A stretch of DNA of 56,050 bases, filler included, from Basidiobolus ranarum (taxonomy: Eukaryota): the NCBI GenBank assembly GCA_040143965.1. It is 3 parts of 3 records of this genome, joined end to end, with 100 filler letters (N's around TTAATTAATTAA, not from the genome) between each part and the next. Parts side by side here need not be neighbours in the genome. Positions count along the whole stretch, not along the records: positions 37,516 to 56,050 come from JASJQH010007149.1; 2 more parts are not named here. One strand, 5' to 3'. The notes under the pieces are model-generated. The model was not told the origin of the DNA and ran no database searches. It was given only the letters and a program-made list of their open reading frames with translations. This document shows positions 50,857 to 56,050 of this stretch, in pieces (position 1 is the first letter of the stretch; each line of letters starts with the position of its first letter). The position numbers and the translations under genes are program-made.

Positions 50857-51004
50857 ATTTTTATATTTTCTTTACTAAAGCAATAGTACTATATATACAA
50901 ATAGATAGTCACTACAACATTCAAATCGTTGTTATAACACTAGATGAAATATGCAAGACCGGAATGCGTATTCGTTTAAAAAATTAAAGACAACTCAAAA
51001 AAAT

Positions 51005-53598
51005 TTACATGTAACTCACATAATCTGATCCAAGGCTTTTTCGTACTTCAATAATGCACGTCAATTCCTTCATGGATTCGCTTAAGATAATGATATTATC
51101 CACCAGTGAGTTGATGTTGTTGACTTGGATTGGCGGTATTTCTTTGCTTTGTGTGCTACTTGTAGTTGAGTTATAAGTATCGACATGCCGAAGGAATGCT
51201 CCTGTTATCGGCACAGCATCTGCACTGGTGGGTGAGAGCAGGTCAGACTCGTAGAATTCATCGTCATACTCAAGAGGCTTGTTAAGTTGATTAATGGCTA
51301 GTTGAATTGATTGCTCTGTACTAGATTGGTTAAGGAAATAATCTCTACGATCATTAAGCATTTGGTCCAAGTTAGGAACTTTTGATTGATAGTAGGAGAC
51401 ATGTTCGGTTAGCACACGGAATACAGATAATACATCGGGATCTTTTGAAAGTTTTGTTTCCAGATTTTCGACCAGGCCCATATCTGAGCATAACATGGCC
51501 TGGATGGAACTGGCTGGTGTGTTTCTAGTTTCTATAACACAGTTGGTATGCTCCTCAAGTGACAGCCACCCACTTATGCAACGGTATGGACAAGTTGCAA
51601 GCGTGGATAAGACTCTCGTTAAAGCTAAGTTGAATTCACAAGAATGTGCGAAAAACTGTGATAATAACGATAGTAAAATACTCAAAATAGGATCGGAGCT
51701 ATTTAAACGATGTCTTGGGAAGTACAAGCTTGGTTGTTTCTCCGAAATAAGAATTGACCTACTTTGCCCCTCAGTCACTTCTCTTCTTTTTTTGCTTGAA
51801 GCTCTATGCAACGCACACTCCTGATGGTATTCCTGATGTTCTTCAATCTGATGTTGAATATCGAACAAATAATCCTCATAAGCTTGAACAAATTCTTCTT
51901 TATCATGTGTAGAATCTATTCTCGAGATTTGCGCAAAATAAAGATCCATAACCCGTAAGTGTTCTATGGCCTTAAGTCCTTGTGCTGGGTTTTTTAATTT
52001 TCCCAATTCTTCTAAATTGGTTGCTTCGATAGCTCCATCATAAGCTTCGAAGTCTGGGACTAATTCGATTTCAAACAAGTCAAAAGAATGATGACAATGA
52101 CATACTAGCATCGAATGCAGCAGGTTTAGTGTTGTAATAATGATATGTGGCGAGCTAGACCTCAGATTACAGATAATCACTTCCTTGATGTTGTAAGGAG
52201 AAATAAATTTGTGTTCTATCGATGTCAGCAAACCTGTCCCGGAGTCGATACTCATGACATCCGCCCTCTCCGCAACATTTGACGTTTCTGATTTTGGTGA
52301 AATTCGAAACAATTCTCGGGATTTTTCGATTGGGCCTGGCTTCATATTCATCAAATATTGTATAAACATGGAGTTTAACTCCTTTTGCTTTATAGTTTGA
52401 ACCAATACATTAACGTAAGTAATTACTGCAACTGCTGAGCCGTCCAGTTCTGAGCATTCCAACAACGAAGGGTATAGAATATTTTCCAAGAAAGTCCTTC
52501 TTATATTTTCCAATAGAGAGCTGCGTACTCTTACGCTTGGGCATCGGTCAAGTAACTCCTGTGTGAACTCCAGGTATTTTGTGAAAGAACAAAGGTGTTC
52601 TTGGAATTCCAGCGATATCGAGCTTTCCACGCCAGCGTTCTCCTCGATCTCCAGTAGTCCCGTGTTGTGAGATACTACTTTTTCATCTTCGTTGATCTGT
52701 AGTTTGATAACTAATTTGCGTGGTAATAAAGAATAGAATGCTCCTACACCAGCCGCGACTACCGCGCACAAGTCACTCTCCACATGAATATAATCCCGCA
52801 ACTCTCCGGATGTGATTTCGACCAGAAAAAGCATAGCAGTTCTCGCGATATCTCCGGTCTTTCCATCTTTGTGAACGAACTTGAGTAAATAACCAAATAC
52901 TGGAAAGTTATACCTAGATTTTCCTACGCGAGTCACGCCCTCTACCATATTTTCTGTTACTATAGGAGCCTCCAAATCCCAGACACTTTGATAAAAAAAG
53001 ATATTCAAGAGCTCAGGACATCGTCGAATCTTGGAACAAACACTAAACATTAAATCCACCATATCTTCGTGATATAGATCTAATTGGTTTTGGTTCCCCA
53101 TACAATGATCCAGTAACTTAATAGTCGACCCATGCACTTTGTTGTGGATAAGGAAACGCTCATCTAGTGTGCTGATCATACTCGAGATAGTCCGAATAAC
53201 TTCTCCACGAAGCCCAAATGGTGAATCGAGCTCTGATAAGTTCACCAGCCACTCCAGAATATCATTGCGCAAAAGATACTCCATACAATCTCCAGTAGTC
53301 CCATCTTCTTGCCGTATTTTCTCTTGAACAAGTAAATTGGTGAGCAGCTTCAAAGAGTCTGCTAGTTTACTATCCAATATCTGGTTCTCACCTGGAATCG
53401 CCTCTTCTAGCAACCTCTCCTAACAAATTGAAGTTTCAGCTTACTTATTCACAATTAAATATGGTTCTGCCATTCTAAAGTTAGATACCCACATACCCGA
53501 CAAAAATTCCAGTTTCTCTCGAAGTGGACCAACCTCTCATATCTATCAGGCTGTTTTAAGGGCAAAATCCGATTCTTCAACTTTGTGAAGTAGCCCAT
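51005..53598 (-). CDS. FHIP/FAM160/RAI16-family protein (FTS-Hook-interacting), intron ~53420-53496
   Basis: TGDCMEYLLRNDILEWL, CSKIRRCPELLNIFF, FPVFGYLLKFVHKDGKTGDIARTAMLF, FNLALTRVLSTLA, NIIILSESMKEL. Confidence 0.85.
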
Positions 53599-55571
53599 CA
53601 CTTACGGCAGCTGGTGACTACTCGCCTGCACAGTTTTTATACCGCTAATAGAGATGGCTTTATGGGTCGTTCAAGAATAAACAGACTAAAATCACTACTT
53701 TAATGGCAGAAACTTCAGTAGAAGCAAACAAGATTGGAGTCAAGGTCAGAAAAGTTGGCAATCCTACTCAATATAAAGAACACAACTCTGAAGTTTAAGC
53801 TCAATCGAAAATTTCTGAAACCTGATGTATTAAGGGGAAACTATACATACTGAGCAGTATATATATATTCAACCCCTTGCTAATTTACGGAATTCCGGCA
53901 AGTACCATTAAAGTGATATGTGCATAAATATACTACTCTCGTTTTTGGATTAATGCCACCTAAATAAATTTCTCCAACATTTAATAGTCGTCAAAACGTA
54001 CCAGTAACCAGAATATACAACCTCGACAATCAACCGCTACTGACAATTACTCTAAATATATTGCGCAACTGGAGACTTTATTGAGTCCATAAACATTACT
54101 CAGATATGCCAACACTGGTAACGAGAGAACTAAACAGAGTCTTCAATAGTTGTACATACTGCTGATAAAAGTATTATAATAGCTGTCGCGATAATAGATA
54201 CAAAACGAAAGCAAGAAATTAATGTCTAATACTTTAAGACAGTCACATCATGGGCTGAATTTCAACAAGAAGTCACATTCACGATTTTTGCGGTGATGGA
54301 AACAAAAATCATTAGTTCCAGTTTTCAGCACGTGGTATCCACGCAATGTTAGATAATGCTAGATTAAGCCCTTGCCATTGTGAGGAGTAAACGGGCCAGA
54401 AGCTGGAGAGGAGAAACGAACCAGCTACTTTTATATACACCATACGCCAATCCAAATAAATCCGAACAAATTATGGCCATCTCATCAGCACATATAGACA
54501 AGTCAATTACAAGCGAATCAAGCTCGGAGATAATAGCGTGAATCATGTTTGAGAAACTTCCCCATAGAAAAATACTGATCTGGTATTATTGGTCAACACG
54601 GCTTACCAAATTAGTGTTGGTATTATATTTATAGTTCAATTTCGCCAGCGTTATGGATAAATGTTTCATGAAATCCATTTCTAAAATCAGACTTCTGAAA
54701 CAATCCTATTCCGATTTGGAGGTTCCAACTAATGCTTAAATATGCAAAATCACTCGAAGCATGGCTCTATAGTTGATATGCAAACGGTGATGAAAGCATT
54801 CCTGGAATATTCGACTTCACGAATAAGATCGTGACGCAGCGGAAGATATGTCCCCAGCAAATAATGGATGTTATCCGCTGTACTGGCCTATCGATGATTC
54901 CAATGTTAGCCTCATAAAGCGATGCACTTCAACCATTCACCATCATAAGACTACGACCAGAAAATGAGATTCAATTTGATGAAAGAATCTTGATAATTGC
55001 TCCATTACAGCTCTGAATGCATGTCAGTCAATGGAGTTTTATGGGATACAATCTATCATTATGCACATTTGCGCTGCTATACGTCTCATTAGACTCGTTC
55101 TGTATAAAGCATACCCAAGTGCTTGTTGTGCTTGCAAGCCATATTTTCTACTTCTATATTTGAGTGAGCTCTCCGTAGAGTAACTTCTTTTCTCTTCCAG
55201 ATCTTTGGTGACTTGATTTCTATCGCCAGGTTTATTCGCAGTTGCTTAAATTTCCCCAGTTTGTTTGCAGTTTTCTTGGTGATTGTTCATCCCTTGTTCC
55301 ATGATACAAACTTAATCAACCATCTCCATTGCTAAAATTTTAATCCTCTTTTGGCAAATTGCATATTGGATCGTTACTAAATTGATTTTGCTATTTAATC
55401 CAATTTAGACTATATATATATACAAGATCTGTATATAGTATTACTACTCAGTCAAGGACGTTTCATCTTCTTTTCTGCACCAATATAATCAAATATCTTG
55501 TTACATTTATTGAAACTCTAGCGCGAGCAAGCTTTCCTGACACACTGTTACCTCATAAAGGAGTACCTTTT

Positions 55572-56050
55572 ATGATCTCACCTCATTCTTCTCAGCCACA
55601 AATGCACCCCTTCTATACAGCACCTCCGTTCCCTGTTGATGAATCGGAAATTAATAACCCAGGCAATCCACAAAACCTTGGAGATAACCAGCAGCACATG
55701 CAGAGACAAGTTCAACCACAAAATCAACCCTCTGATTATTATTTCCCTAATACTGGCCCTGGAAACTACGAAGTTCAACCGTCCGGTCCTGTTGGAGCAA
55801 TACCAATGGTGCCTTACAATGCCTATGCGTCACTCTTGAATAAAGCCTCGCTCAATTTGACCGGTAACATAGATGATATCATGATAAATTGGTATGTCTA
55901 AAAATTTATTCCAAACCCTTTATTGTGCTAACTTCATACCAATACAGGAGTGAAGAGGAAACAGAAACAAAACGAAGACTGGTCCAGTTTTGGCGTCAGC
56001 ATGAAAATAATGTTATTCACTGTGGTTTCCAGCCAGTAGCGCCAGCTGAG
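55572..56050 (+). CDS. MedA/Medusa-like developmental regulator, partial (runs off the window), intron ~55892-55948
   Basis: Q/P-rich N-terminus, then NKASLNLTGNIDDIMINW/SEEETETKRRLVQFWRQHENNVIHCGFQPV, resembling the start of the MedA conserved domain. Confidence 0.7.

Overview
Eukaryotic, AT-rich, gene-dense DNA with short GT-AG introns. It is almost certainly fungal and probably an early-diverging lineage (Zoopagomycota/Mucoromycota-like; inferred from gene content only). There are two 100-nt scaffold gaps with a TTAATTAATTAA filler. About 20 protein genes are recognisable: ArfGAP/NPF protein, Ssh4/Ear1-like SPRY adaptor, eIF4B, PAPS reductase, MsrB, NmrA-like reductase, RS-domain cyclophilin, a Tim17-like membrane protein, PNO1, F-box/LRR, CK2 beta, an SSK1-type response regulator with transmembrane and pseudo-kinase regions, a Vsb1-like SulP-STAS-cNMP transporter, an aldo/keto reductase, three CreA/Mig1-like C2H2 paralogues, FHIP/RAI16, and a MedA-like protein running off the end. 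Also present are tRNA-Pro(CGG), decayed glutathione reductase and aquaglyceroporin genes, and about 10 copies or fragments of one ~345-bp Ty1/copia LTR. The LTR set includes nested clusters, two solo LTRs with 5-bp TSDs, a half-tRNAiMet-type PBS and a gag remnant. The most striking signal: the non-coding DNA around the three CreA/Mig1 paralogues (45.0-50.1 kb) has 18 exact ATCWGATAA sites (hand count), the known motif of iron-sensing GATA repressors (SreA/Sre1/Fep1), versus about 3 in the other ~51 kb. This suggests an undescribed GATA (possibly iron)-controlled battery of carbon-repressor-type factors. Exon boundaries were read by eye and are approximate.
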